Positions 40,100-54,723 of a stretch of 64,000 bases of DNA are shown one piece after another. The first letter of the stretch is position 1. Each line of letters starts with the position of its first letter. Made by a program: the position numbers and the translations under genes. The notes beneath the pieces were generated by a model that worked only from the letters and a program-made list of their open reading frames with translations, had not been told where the DNA came from and made no database searches. The stretch is from Octopus sinensis (lineage: Eukaryota), in assembly GCF_006345805.1 (NCBI RefSeq), contig NC_043009.1:66154001-66218000 (forward strand), given 5' to 3'.

Positions 40100-40955
40100 T
40101 CAAGGAACTTATGTCAACATCAAGATGCACAAAAAACTTTTAGATGACTGCTCACACGGAGCCCATAGCGATATGTATGATGTATGTATGTATGTATGTA
40201 TGTATGTATGTATGTATGTATGTATGTATGTATGCAGTATGTATGCATGTATATGTATATGCGTGTATGCAATAAACAGACATGAGCTTAGAAAAATAAC
40301 TCAGGGTGGAAATGGTCTGTATTTGAAAAACATAGACAAATGCAGGTATATCAAATACCATACAACGTAAATTCTTGATTTATTAACACTATCTCCTTCT
40401 CTAGAGGAGAAGATGTCGTAGTTGGTAAACAGCAATTGCGGCCTCATCCATGTGAGAAGGGGAGACAATTTCAAGATTCAAATATTTTCAGCTTCTTTTC
40501 ATAATGTATAAAGAAAGAGGTTAAATCTATCAAACTTACAGCTGTATGGCAAAGAATTGTCATTAACGTTAATTTTAAGTTTTATCAAAAATGCTACGGG
40601 TGGCAAATCCGAAATCCAAATTAAATCAATGGTATAAATATTTATATTTATTTGAGTTTTAATTTTATTGTTTTTCTGGTTAATAAAATGTGTATCGTTG
40701 TTTATATGTTATTTATATTTAATTAAATGATGGTAACAGGAATTTTTAATATGTTTTATAATAATTGTAATAATATTTTAAAATTAAATTCGTTCCCGTT
40801 GTTTACAATCTTATTTCTTATCCCATCAATATCAAATTTGTCTTTTTTTTCCTCTGAGGTCCTTAAAATTCGGTATCAGTCAAATACTGAGTCGATGGCG
40901 ATAATTAACTTTAGTTCTTGAAAAATGCTGGTCTTGTGCCTAAATTAGAAATAAT

Positions 40956-41160
40956 GTCTTCAAATTTTGGCACCAGGTCAGAAAATTTGTAGGAAGGGTA
41001 AATCGATTACATGGACCCCAGTATTTAACTGGTACTTATTTTATCGACTCCGAACAGATGAAAGGCAAAGTCGACCTCGGCGAAATTTGAACTCAGGACG
41101 TAAAGATGAGCTAAATGCCGCCAAGCATTCGGCGTGCTAACGATTCTGCCAGCTCGCTGC
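40956..41160 (-). mobile_element. SINE family A, full length
   Basis: rc: GCAGCGAGCTGGCAGAATCGTTAGCACGCCG...CTGAGTTCAAATTTCGCCGAGGTCGACTTTGCCTTTCATC...AATAAGTACCAG...CAAAATTTGAAGAC. Confidence 0.9.
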
Positions 41161-41516
41161 TTTCAATAGACAAATATACTTGGGTAGATTCTTATAAATT
41201 TACGTTTTTGTTTTTCTAATCAAAAGAAATATTTTAATTAACGTCTGTTGTACTGTATGACGTGCTATCTTGCTTGAAGGCATATTTAGTACATGATCAA
41301 TAAATAATGATCAATAAATAATGTCAACGGTTGTCTGATCAGCGCCGAAGACGAAGTGGCAAGATCCAGGCTGCAGAAAACTACAACAATGTTTCTGGGC
41401 TTAATGGAGAATTCACTTGTAACACTTTGAAGCTCTTGCGGGAGCCTAAAACGTGAGGGTCACAGCTGCCGTTTCTTGTTTCGGTAAGAACCCGATACCA
41501 ATATTTCAGGCAATTA

Positions 41517-41712
41517 AGGTGGCGAACTGGCAGACTCGTTAGCAAACAGGGGGAAAATGTTTAGAGACATTTTGTCCGTCTTGACGTTCTGAGTTCAAAT
41601 CCTGTCAAGGTCAACTTTGTCGTTCTTCTTTTCGGGGTCGATGAAACATGTACAAGTTGAGCATTGGGGCCCTGAACTTGGTGCCCTTGTGGTAAAATTT
41701 GAAACCAATATT
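41517..41712 (+). mobile_element. SINE family A
   Basis: GGTGGCGAACTGGCAGACTCGTTAGC...CTGAGTTCAAATCC...AAAATTTGAAACCAATATT. Confidence 0.85.
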
Positions 41713-42120
41713 TCAGACGATTATTAAGGGAGTGTTACCTATACTAAATGTAAGATGAGATCAGGACATGCCGGTTTCAAATCTCTGTTGCTGTAATTTT
41801 CGCTTCATTTGTGTTATTTGTGTCATTATTTACTGAAACAAGTAGTAAAAGATAAAACGACGTGTGCGTGTGTGTACGCATGCGCGTGTTTGAGTATGTT
41901 TAAAAACCCTGCGAGAAATACGAAGTTAAAAAGAGGACCTCATACGTACTCCAGTAATGGACATTCCGACATGACTACCGCTAATGTGGTGAGGCTTTGG
42001 TAGCCAGCCAATTTCAAGATGGCAGTGGTTATATACCGCAAAGTCATTTGGTTTGCTTATGCTCTCTTCTTTTCTCACTCAACCTACGTGAATAAGGCCC
42101 TCCTTACAGAGTCCTTTAAC

Positions 42121-42446
42121 TTTTAACTTTTACTTCTTTCACTCATTAGACTGCGACCATGCTGGGGCACCGCTTTGAAGAATTTTATTTGAAAAAAATC
42201 GACTTGAATTTTAAACCAGGTATTCATTGTATCGGTCTCTTTTGGCGAACCAACGCTAAGCTACGGGGATATAAACACACTGACACCAGTTTTCAAGCGG
42301 TGGTGGGTGCAAACACACACACATCCAATGTTTTTTTTTTCAGTTTCCGTCCATCAAGTCCACTCAAAAGCCTTTGGTCTGCCCGAGGCTATTGGAGATT
42401 ACACTTACCATAAGTGCCACGGAGTGGGACTGAACCCCGAACCACC
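42121..42446 (-). mobile_element. SINE family B, 5'-incomplete
   Basis: Tail at 42121-42305, short CA spacer, head at 42335-42446. Confidence 0.8.
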
Positions 42447-43697
42447 CACACAGGCACACCTACACACACACGTGCACGTGTCATATATATAGATATACCT
42501 ATAAATACATATATACATATACATATATATATATATATACACACACACATATATATATATATACATAAAAAACACACATGTATTCGTACACAAGCAGCTA
42601 AACATGTATGAACATATACATGCATGTGTGTGTGCGTGTGTGTGTGTCCGCGCGCATGTGTGTGTTGATGGCGTTGAACGAAGATGGCTACATGTGGCAG
42701 TGAGAGGGACTGGGGCAAGCTTTGAACAATTCCATTAAAGCCCAAAAGCCAAGATAGAACTCTACATAAATGGCTACACATGTATTAATTCGAAAGAAAC
42801 GTTCTTATTTATTGACTTACTCGCATCTACAAGAACCAAATGGCCACGAAGAGTTCCTACAACACTACACAACTGTTACATTTATTCCTATTTTTGTGTT
42901 TTAATATTTATGCTGCTTTCTTTTTACTTTCATTTCCGCATTTATTTATTTCTGTATTTGTTTATTCCTGTTTATATTTCTTTCTCAGTCCCCCGTGTGA
43001 TATTATTTCTTTCGGTTGCTATCACATTTTAATTGTTGTTTTTTTTCTTCCAGTTGTTGTTGTTGTTGTTGTTGTTTCTTTTGCTGCAACTGATGTCGTC
43101 GTCGTCGTCGTTGTTGTGTTGTTGTTGTTGTTGTTGTTGTTGTTGCTGATACTGTTTTTCGCTGCTAATTTTAGCTGATTCTCTGTTGCTGCTGTGCGTT
43201 TTAGATATGTTCTGGAAACTGTTTTGTTAATGCTGTTGTTTTTATTTACTGCTGCTGCAGATGTTTTTGCTGATGTTGTTAATGTTGTTGGTGTTGCTGT
43301 TCTCCTTCTCCAAAACATCAAAACGAAACCCTCAAAAAAACACAAAACAATCTCACACACACACACACACACGCATAAATACGCGTATTTGCTCTATCTC
43401 ACACACACACACGCTGTAAAGAAAAGCCGCCAACCCCGAACCAGAGATAGTACATCCAGTGGAAATAAGGTTTTATATTGGAATATTATTGTTTCATTGA
43501 GGAATGAGGAAAACATACAAAGATAAAATGAAACGTAATAAAATAATACATAGGTATGTCTTTATCTATATGTGTGTGTGTGTATGGTGTGTGTGTGTGT
43601 GTGTGTGATTACTTATTTACATGCATGTGAGTATGACTAAATAAACGTATGTGAATATATGTTGGTGCATGTGCAATATGCATATATATACATATGC

Positions 43698-43731
<34 letters not shown>

Positions 43732-43993
43732 ATGTATGCATATATATATACATATAAATACATATATACATATACATATATACACACACACATATATAGA
43801 CACATATATATGCATATATATATATACATATGCATAAATATATCATTTTATCAATATATCTACACATGTGCACATATAAATATGTATGCATGTGTATATC
43901 TATTTAGGTACGAATGTGTATATATCTATATCTATACATACATATATATATATTAATATATATATATACATATACACATACCTATATAATAAA

Positions 43994-44025
<32 letters not shown>

Positions 44026-44561
44026 ATGTGTGTATGTATGTATGTATGTATGTATGTATGTATGTATGTATGTATGTATGTATGTACACATATGCATAAG
44101 CATATCAGCGAGATTCTACTACGAAAGACAAACAGACATTTATATAATCTGGTATATTTGTAAATACGTTTTCTGAATCTAATCAGTCTCCGGTTTACCC
44201 CTGAGAAAGAATTGCATCGTATTTGTTGTTTTAGAGACAGGTTTACGCTTGTGTTTTTTTGCTCTTCTTACTATTATTCTCAGCAGCAGCAGCAGTGGCA
44301 GTAAAAGCAGTTGCAGCAACAGCAGCAACAGCAGCAGCAGCAGTGTCATGGAGATCAGGGTCGCTGTTGTTGTTGTTGTTGTTGTTGTCATTCTTGTTAT
44401 TTATGTTTGTGATTAATTGTGAGTGTTGTTACGCACCCGTTCGGGCACCGCCTCAGGAACGCGTACACGCGCATACCCATGCATCCCGTTGCCCGCAGAT
44501 GCATCTGCGGTTGTGCGGTCATATGTGCATGTAAATGCATATATGTGCATCTGCGTGTTTA

Positions 44562-44603
<42 letters not shown>

Positions 44604-44824
44604 CACACACACATATATATATATATATATATCTATGTATGTATGTAGGTAGGTATGTATTATCAAGACGTTGAGTTATTGGTGGCACGGGTGGCACAGT
44701 AGCCCAATGAAGAGAAGCTAAGATACCTATTACTGGGATATGACTGTAAGAAGGAAACACCTTTTGGGCAACATATACACCACCACACTATCAAACTTAT
44801 ACCATACATACATATTCATATTTC

Positions 44825-44867
<43 letters not shown>

Positions 44868-45035
44868 TTTTTAAAATATGTATATTATATATATATACGT
44901 ATATTATATATATATTATATGTATATCTATATTATATATATATATGTATATATATATGTATGCATATATATGTATATATATGTATGCATATATATGTATA
45001 TATATACACGTATGCATATATATACATACATATAC

Positions 45036-45073
<38 letters not shown>

Positions 45074-45546
45074 GTGTATATTTATGTATATATATATATG
45101 GTGTGTGTGTGTGTGTGTTGTGTGTGTATAAAACATGTATTTCATTTATGTCATTATTGCCCCTTTGATGATGCTATTGTTGTTGTTGATGATGATGTTT
45201 TTCCTTTTCTTTGTTAATTTCACGAATATTTTCATTCCATTAATAATATGAAATTATTGTTATTTATTATTGTTGTTGCTGTTGTAGTTACTGTTGTTAT
45301 TATCATTATTATCATCATCATCATCATCATTATTATTATCATGTGCTATTGTTGTTGTTGCTATTGTTTCCATATTGTTATTATTATTATTATTATCAAC
45401 ATCATCATTTTCATTATTATCGCCGAGATTTTTATTAATATTATTTTTATTACAGACGATGATTGTGTATATTTAATAAAATATGTATATCAGAATATAT
45501 AGGATTTTTATTATAGTCTTCGTTTTTAAAAAACACAAAAAACACT

Positions 45547-45578
<32 letters not shown>

Positions 45579-45657
45579 AAACAACAACAACCGCTACAAC
45601 AACAACAATCATGTACAAGACCAAAGTTTTAAAGGAATTTAATTTTTCTGTACACAA

Positions 45658-45702
<45 letters not shown>

Positions 45703-46073
45703 TAAAGAGAGAGAGAGATGGAGGGAGGGAGAGAGAGAGAGCTTGCTAACTTGATAGATAAATATAGAAGGGTATTTAGATAAGTACAAGATAGGTTTAG
45801 AGTCAGCAATAACTCTTGTTCAATCAATTTATCTAACAATTTCGATATAGACATTATTAAATGGTTTTTCTTCGTAACGTAAATCGAATCTGAATCTTTT
45901 TTACTGGTAAAATATCGCTGGTTTAATACACAAACACACAAGCATATACACAAATACGTACACCCATAGCTATATATGTATAAATATACACACACACATA
46001 TATATATGTGTGTGTGTGTGTGTATACATAGATATATATATATTTATATTTATATACTTATATATAGATGCAT

Positions 46074-46125
<52 letters not shown>

Positions 46126-46507
46126 TATATATATACATACATATATACATACATATATAATATAGACGTTTATATGTACATTTAGTATATATAGGTAGAT
46201 ATACACATATATGCGCACGTATATACATACAGAGACAGATATGTATATATATATATATATATATATGCTTATATACATACATATGAATGTTTGTATGTAT
46301 GTAGATATATACAATTTAGTATTTATAATGACATGATTAAGTGTATTTGTTCTTTTGCTGTTCATATATTTATATATATATTATACACACACACATATAC
46401 GGATAGATAGGTATATACATACATATATGTTCGTATATATATATATATATATATATATACAGATCGATAGATATATACATATATATTTGCACGTATATAT
46501 AATACAT

Positions 46508-46580
<73 letters not shown>

Positions 46581-46666
46581 GTATACATACATTTATATAC
46601 CTATGCACTTATATATAATTGTCATTCTTATGATTTATTATCATTGTTATTGCTGTTATTATAATA

Positions 46667-46732
<66 letters not shown>

Positions 46733-47114
46733 TTGTTGTTGTTGTTGTTATCATCATCATCACATCATCAACATCAACATTGTCGCCGTCATCAACATTT
46801 TTATTACTATTAGTACTGATATTTTTGTTGTTTTTTTTCTTCATTTTTTTTTAGTCGGTAGCATTCGTTGAAGAAATATACAAAATAAATATAGAATTTG
46901 TGTCTAAGACTAGAACTACTTTTGGTTCAATGTCATATATTAATCACGTTGTCCAGAAAAATAACAGAGACAAACATCTTCAATATATATATTATAGTCA
47001 GTAGCTTAGTTTCGTATTTTCAACAACAAAATAACCAGAGTCATACAGACTTTCATGCAAGCCAACACACAACTCTATACACAGCTCACGAAAGCCAACT
47101 TTACAAGCATAGGC

Positions 47115-47169
<55 letters not shown>

Positions 47170-47563
47170 CACACATACATGCATAAACATATAAAAGCAT
47201 ACGTACATATATATATATATTTATACATATATGCATATAGGTATATTTATATATTTATACATATAAACATATATGTATATATATATATACATACACACAC
47301 ACACACACATATAGATATATATACTCATATATACATATATATATATATATATATTATACACATGCATGTATGTATGCATGTGTATATAAATATATATGCA
47401 TATATATACATGCATATATATATATATATATATATATATGAATGTATGTGCACATTTGTATATATATATATGCGTATGTGTATATGTATATATGTACGTA
47501 TGCATCATATATGTATATTCACATTCATACAAGTCAATGTATATGGTAGTGCATGTGTGTATC

Positions 47564-47610
<47 letters not shown>

Positions 47611-47674
47611 ATATATATACACATATATATATATATATATTATATATATATATATATATACACATATATATATA

Positions 47675-47728
<54 letters not shown>

Positions 47729-48693
47729 GTATGTATGTACCCACACACACACACACATGATGTATGTGTAAGCTGGGAAACGGAGGTCCTTTAAGCAGGA
47801 CAGTAACCGACAGACATACAATCTTGAGACTCAATCAATCAGTGGCATAGGATTTATGTAGAAGAACGTTGACTTCTCTTTAAACAGACAGATCGAACAC
47901 CATACACATGTGTATATACACACATCTGTTCAAGTCTACGTATATGTACGTGAAGTCTTGAAAACACAAAAAAAAAACGAAAAAGAAAAAGAAAAGACGC
48001 GACCGTTTGTTTGGCATACAAAATTAGTGTTTAGTTTATCCAAAACTCGAATACAATTCTTTATACATTGTTGTAGATTTAGAAATTAGACTAGTTTTCT
48101 TATGTTTTATTCAAACGTTCGAATGCCGACGTGTCCTCATAATTCAGTTATTAAAATTACCATGAAACGGAGATCAACTTGGTTTTAATCATAATTACAG
48201 TTACGTTTAATATAATTTCTCTTATTTAAGTATCAACATTTTATATCTTCTCGGGTGAGACGGACGGGTAATTAAATAAATGTCATTACATGGCTGGTGT
48301 ATTTTCTATTGATCCAAGAAGATAAAAGGTGAGAAACTGTTTTGGACGAATTCGAAAATTTTATCTTTGACTGTCTCAAGTGTTTGGTTCAGATCAAGGT
48401 ACTAAAATAATGGAATTTCTTGCACATTTGAAGTAAGATTATATATAACACAGGGATGGATTACAATTGATTATAACGGCCTCAGTAGTTTACCGGTACT
48501 TATTTTATCGGCCTTAAAACAACGAAATGTGAAAAGTCGACTTTTGCGGGATTTGAACTCTGGAGCTCAAAGTAAAGAGGCAAACTACATTCACAACCCG
48601 TTATATTTTTTCACAACACAACAGAAAACTAATGAATCCCTGTAAATGATCGAACGACACTGAAAAGTATTGTTTAATATTTGATATACTCTA

Positions 48694-48730
<37 letters not shown>

Positions 48731-49089
48731 CGTATATATTGCATTCCGCGAAATTCTTTTTTCTGATATGCATCAATGCAAGCATAATTTCGTATGCATA
48801 CGCATATTATTCATATTTGTGTATACTGGTGTGTATATACATAAATGCATATATGTATGCGCGTGTGTATATGTGTTTGATCCCGGGTTTATATTTAATG
48901 GAAATATGACCAGGCCGCAGAGAACAAAGGACAAAAATCTGTCAATATGTTTTATCAAACGCAATGTGTCCAACAAAATATGTTTCGCCTGGAGGGACGT
49001 CAGATTCTCAATGTTTTTAATAAAACTTACACATTCACTCACACTCAAGTTCACACACATAAATAGATATATTATTATAAGTTTCTCTC

Positions 49090-49500
49090 TGGCAATACTT
49101 TATAAATCGGAGTTATATAGAAGCTTTTCCGCAACAGTGATCACACAGACAAAAAAGAAAGAAAAAAACCTATGAAGCGATATATCTTTTGATGAGATGT
49201 TTATGAAAGTTGTTAAAAATATTTCAACCATTAATCTTCCTTCAAGAACACAGAAAGGATGAACGAAACTAAATTATACAATCTATCAGTACGTCGAAAG
49301 AATGAGGTACTGCGCACGACTTAATATGGAAGACCAAAAGATCTAAACCGTGAAGATAAAGCGCAAAAGCCTGTGGAGTTTGTACATCAGAGAAAAGTAT
49401 TACACTCATCAACCTCTTAATGTGGTGGTTATTTTATATCAAATCAGAGATTTTCAATAAACGCCGTCACTTAGAGAAATATCTGATGAAAAATAAACTT
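49090..49500 (+). mobile_element. Penelope-like element GIY-YIG endonuclease C-terminal remnant
   Basis: KSELYRSFSATVIT...KYFNH*SSFKNTERMNETKL...LIWKTKRSKP...KACGVCTSEK...KSEIFNKRRHLEKYLMKN resembles the recalled PLE end R..NHKSSF......T.LS..IW...C.LC..EK...N.RSE....CRH..K.LL. Confidence 0.65.
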
Positions 49501-49792
49501 ATAAGCTATAGCAACACTTGGCGGAATCATTTCATACATAGCAGCCATTCAGTACGAGTGATAACACGTATGATTCCCTCGTTGTTCAATACTTTGCTTA
49601 TAAACATTAGTCTTTGACTTTTTTTCTCAATACCTCAAAAAGATCCTTCACTTCCGCATTCTTTGTTACTGCTATTTCAACCATTAATTCCAGCTTGAAT
49701 GATCAGGAATTCGACTTCTTTCTTTTCCCCCATTGACTCGCACTTCTTGTTTTAGAAACAAGATGTTTTTTTTTTCAAAAATTATGCACATA

Positions 49793-49942
49793 GGCGCAGG
49801 AGTGGCTGTGTGGCAACCAACCACATGGTCATGGGTTCAGTCCCACTGCGTGGCATCTTGGGTAAGTATCTTCCACTATAGCCTCGGGCTATAGTATCCT
49901 TGTGAGCGGATTGGGTAGACGGAAACTGGAAGAAGCTCGTCG

Positions 49943-50037
<95 letters not shown>

Positions 50038-50265
50038 TGTGTGTGTGTGTGTGTGTGTGTGTCATTGTGTTTGTCCCCCAACATCGCTTTACAACTGATG
50101 CTGGTGTGTTTATGTCTCCGTAACTTAGTTGTTCGGCAAAAGAGACCGATAGAATAAGTACTGGGCTTACAAAGAATAAGTCCTGGGGTAGATTTGCTCG
50201 ACTAGAGGCGGTGCTCCAGCATGGCCGCAGTCAAATGACTGAAACAAGTAAAAAAGAAAAAAGAA
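49793..50265 (+). mobile_element. SINE family B, full length with a 120-bp internal (TA)n(TG)n
   Basis: Head at 49793-49942, microsatellite at 49943-50062, tail at 50063-50265. Confidence 0.92.
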
Positions 50266-50410
50266 TGTATATATAGCTTTGAGTATATTTTCATTCATGT
50301 CTTTAGTCAACCAAGGGAAATAGCTCACTTCAAACTACTTATAACATACAAATATTTAGAAATTTACTATTTTTAAATCTCACAACGAGAGATATTTAGC
50401 AACAGTACTT

Positions 50411-50808
50411 TGGAGTAAAGATTTTTGCCAACATAACATGGCAGTCCTGGTTTAGGACAAATGTTGCTGTAATTTAGCCCCAGGAGACACGATCTGTGTC
50501 CTTATATTTCAGCTCAAAACGATATCTGTGTATCACGATTTAGTAATTTTCTAATTTAAAAATCAATGATTAGTTATCACTTTGAAAACTATATACCTCG
50601 AACGGGGATTTGGCAGCGCCACCTCTAGCCGAACAATAATTCTGTGTTAATAAGGGAAATAAGCCGGAAATCGCGATACATAGATATTATTTTGACACAG
50701 ATCGTGTCATATAGCCAGCTGGAGACGATGTCTCCTGGAGCTAAATTACAGCAACATTCATCCTAAACCAGGACTGCCATGTTATGTTGGCAAATAATCT
50801 TTACTCCA
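50411..50808. mobile_element. Fold-back/MITE-like element with ~78-bp terminal inverted repeats
   Basis: 50411-50488 is the near reverse complement of 50730-50808. Further inverted similarity lies inside (GACACGATCTGTGTC, GATATCTGTGTATCACGATTT). Confidence 0.75.
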
Positions 50809-51414
50809 TACAAATATTTAGATAAGTCACTTAACGTAGCATCGTCTGGACCAGTGTCACCGAATGTACTTATTAACATTTTAAATAATTTATTTAAACA
50901 TTGCAGCTGGATAGGTATATCGCTTCAAGGAATTGGTTTATTTTTTAGGTCTTTGAATGGTTATGGAAAACTTATCATATTATGAAAAAAAAAAACGGAA
51001 GTGTGCGTTATGAAGTATTATCTGTAAGAAACTATATTTTAACAAATAGTTAAATTCTACTACATGTATTTAGTACATTGATTTTGTTCTTGACATCAGC
51101 TACAAATACCAACATGTTACTTTCATATTAGTTACGTATTTAAGAGGGGTTGTAATTTACTTATGGAATATATTTATCGACACAGTTGTACAATGGGCAA
51201 ATGTGTTTGAAAGTTGTGGTTTCTTTGGTTTGTTTCTTTGTTCTCAAACAACTCTTATTTTAGTGCTGTTGACATCGCCGCATTGAATGGTTCTGCGCAG
51301 GTGTCGAAACCATAATGATATCTGTGGGGCAGCTGATGATGGGGGTATGGTGGATTGTTGGTATGGCTGGTTTTATTTATTTGGATTAGTATTATTGGAT
51401 TGTTGCTATGGCTG

Positions 51415-51608
51415 TGGAATGCTTAAAGGTATTTCGTCTGTCTTTACGTTCTGAGTACAAATTCCGACGAGTCGACTTTGCCTTTCATCCTTTCGAAGTC
51501 GATAAATTAAGTACCAGTAACACACTAGGGTTGATGTAATCGACTTAATTCCTTTGTCTGTCCTTGTTTGTCTCCTCTATGTTTAGCCCCCTGTGAGCAA
51601 TAAAAAAA
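51415..51608 (+). mobile_element. SINE family A variant with an L1/Tx1-like tail
   Basis: Same body and tail as 4500-4733. Confidence 0.85.
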
Positions 51609-53076
51609 TAATTATAACACATCCTTTTGATATACATACATATACAAACACACATAGAGACATACTCACATATGTACATGTATGTGGGTGTATGTGTGTA
51701 TGTATGTGTATGCATGTATGTTTACACAAACATACACACGTACACACACACATTCACACATACACGTTGCCCTAGCAAGACCACAGTTCAATAAATGAAA
51801 CTTGTTCTGATAGCGCAGTGGCTGACGAGACGGCATCTGCCGCAAACATGACAATGCCAGACAACTGCAGATTTTAAATAAGCAGCTTTAACGTTTCGCC
51901 GTTACATTATAAGTGGAATTCACTGAAATGAACCCCTTTGCTTATTTTAGTTGTTCAAAATACCCTTCTTTCTGATCATTTCGATAGTGAAACGTTTGAA
52001 ATAGGAAGAATGACAGTTTTGTTATCCGTTCCTGTTTTGTATTTTCTACCGGCAAACAGCAACTGTTTATCTGATATCAAAGCGAACATGTTATCATAAA
52101 TGAGATTTTAGTTGAAAAATTGAATGGTGGGTGTGGAACGATTCCTTTATCTCTCCCTTTTCCTGTTGTGTTCTATTCTATCTCGATTTTGTTGCATCTC
52201 TGGAAGATTGGTCTTTTGCTTAAAAGATTGGCACTACAGAGACGGAACAAAGAAGAGAGCTTGGGAGGCGAAGACCAAAAAGAAGAGGCAGAGAGAAAGA
52301 GAGAAAGAGTGAGCGAGAGAGAGAGAAAGAGTAATGGTGAGAGAAGAAATACAGAGAGAAGGGTGTGAAAGTGTTTATATGCACACACTCACACACACAC
52401 ACACACCTACGCATTCGTATGTGTGCATATATGCGTGAAACAGAGAAAGAAGCCATGAAAGTGTGTGTGTGTGTGTGTGTATGTGTTTGTGTGCGTATGC
52501 GCTTGATTGAGTGAGTGAGAGAGAAAGAGAGAAAGAGTGTGTGTGTAATCAGAAAAGAGAAATAGCGTGAGCGAAGAGCGATGAGATGGAGGGAGAATAT
52601 TTGAAAACGTTGATTGCCAAGTTGCAGACGATTTCTCTCCACAGCAGACGATTTATAATTGCGAGATATTTTAGTGTTTAGTACTTTAGTTTAAACACAC
52701 GGTTAACAAAATATAAAGCCATAAATAAATATTTAATTCTGGTTTGTTTATCATACGCACATATAACTACATAACAAAAAGAATAAAGATATAGATTCAA
52801 CTGCTGCAAAAGAAATGTGCGTTCCTAAAAAACAATCAAACAAGCTGAATGAATTAATCGAAAGTCGATATATATATATATACGTATGTATGCATGTATT
52901 GATGCTAGGCCAGGAACTAATTATGCTATTATCAAAATAAAGGACTCGAAGCATTTATTGAAAGTTATATGCTACATTTTGTCTTCCAATCTAATCCAGA
53001 CAAATTCAGACTAATTTCCGTCTAATTGTGACTTCCGCTTCACTAAATCTCAATTGGAACTGCAAAGTAGAACGTA

Positions 53077-53108
<32 letters not shown>

Positions 53109-53450
53109 TATACGTACATATGTTTATGTATGTATGTATGTCTATGTGTGTATATATATATATAGACATATTATATATATATATGCGTGTGTGTGAGAGT
53201 GTGTGTATATATGTATGCATATGTATGTGTATGTACGTGTGTATGTATGTTTATGTGTGCGTGCATGTTTATGTATGTGTGCATGTGTGTACGTATGTAT
53301 GTATGTATGTATGTATGTATGTATGTATGTGTGTATGTATGTATGTATGTATGTATGTATGTATGTATGTATGTATGTGTATGTATGTATGTATGCATGT
53401 AGTATGTATGTATGTAAGTATGTATGTATGTGTGTATGTATGTATGTATA

Positions 53451-53668
53451 AAGCGAGCTGGAAGAATCGTTGGCTGCTGGGCAGAATGCTTAGCGGTATT
53501 TCGTCCGTCTTCACGTTTTGAGTTGATATTTCGCTGAGGTTGACTTTGTCTTTCGTCTTTTGGAGTCATTAGAATAAGTACCAGTTGATCATTGGAGTCG
53601 AGATAATCGACTGACCCCTTTTCCAAACAAATTGCTGTCTTTGTGACAAAATCTGAATCCAACCAACT
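53451..53668 (+). mobile_element. SINE family A
   Basis: AAGCGAGCTGGAAGAATCGTTGGC...TGAGTTGATATTTCGCTGAGGTTGACTTTG...AATAAGTACCAGTTG. Confidence 0.8.
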
Positions 53669-53774
53669 TATATACATGCATAGCGAGAGAATAAAAGATG
53701 CATGTATATGTGAAAGAGAGATATTTATATGTATACGTATATGTATATATATAACTATAACTATATCTATCTCT

Positions 53775-53818
<44 letters not shown>

Positions 53819-53889
53819 ATCTATCTATCTATATCTATCGTCTATCTATCTATCTACTATCTATCTGTCTGTCTGTCTATCTATCTATA

Positions 53890-53924
<35 letters not shown>

Positions 53925-53935
53925 ATATCTATCTA

Positions 53936-54018
<83 letters not shown>

Positions 54019-54055
54019 GTATGTATGTATGTAAGTATGTATGTATGTATGTATG

Positions 54056-54105
<50 letters not shown>

Positions 54106-54723
54106 AGGAATGACCGCTAGGTGGATTCCTAACATGCTAAAGGTAGACCCTAATGCGCGTTCGAATGTTACGCTTCACCCAATTTGTTTTTTTTTTTGCG
54201 TGTGTGTTTTTATCTGTTGTTATGAGGCAGGCGTTGCTGCAGCATGGCCTAATACTTAAACAGTTTGTTTCACGACCACCGTGTCCTAGGTTCGAACGTA
54301 CAACTTACTAGGCTTGTAATTCTTTTCTTTAGCCTCAGGTTGATCCAAGTCCGGTGACTGAAGTTGGACAGAGGGGGAAATGAGCAGAAGTCTGTTGAGC
54401 AGAGGTTACCTTTTATTGAAAACTCTAACTTTATCCACTTTATCATGTGGGTGATTGCTTTAAATATATACGTGGCCGTGGAGTACTCAGCCACTGGCAA
54501 GCAGATTCAATCAGTAAATAATTCAAATCGTCGACAATAGTGTGTTCATCATCGAAACCGACCGAGAACCACTTCCGCTTCTGTCGTATTCAAACAAGCA
54601 GACAGTAAGGCGTCAAAAGGAGACGAAGAGGTAACAACTGTTAACACTAGTAGAGGGAGGAGGCAACAGTCAGAGAGAGAGGAGAAGGTGGTAACAGCCA
54701 GAGGAGAGGCGGAGGAGGCAGAT

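Noticed and set aside
51264-51300. 37-nt micro-exon resembling an ankyrin repeat (AVDIAALNGSAQ)
   Set aside because: The donor (GTgtcg) is weak, the segment is too short, and the region also folds as a GACATC/GGTGTC hairpin before GAAAC, like a decayed repeat.
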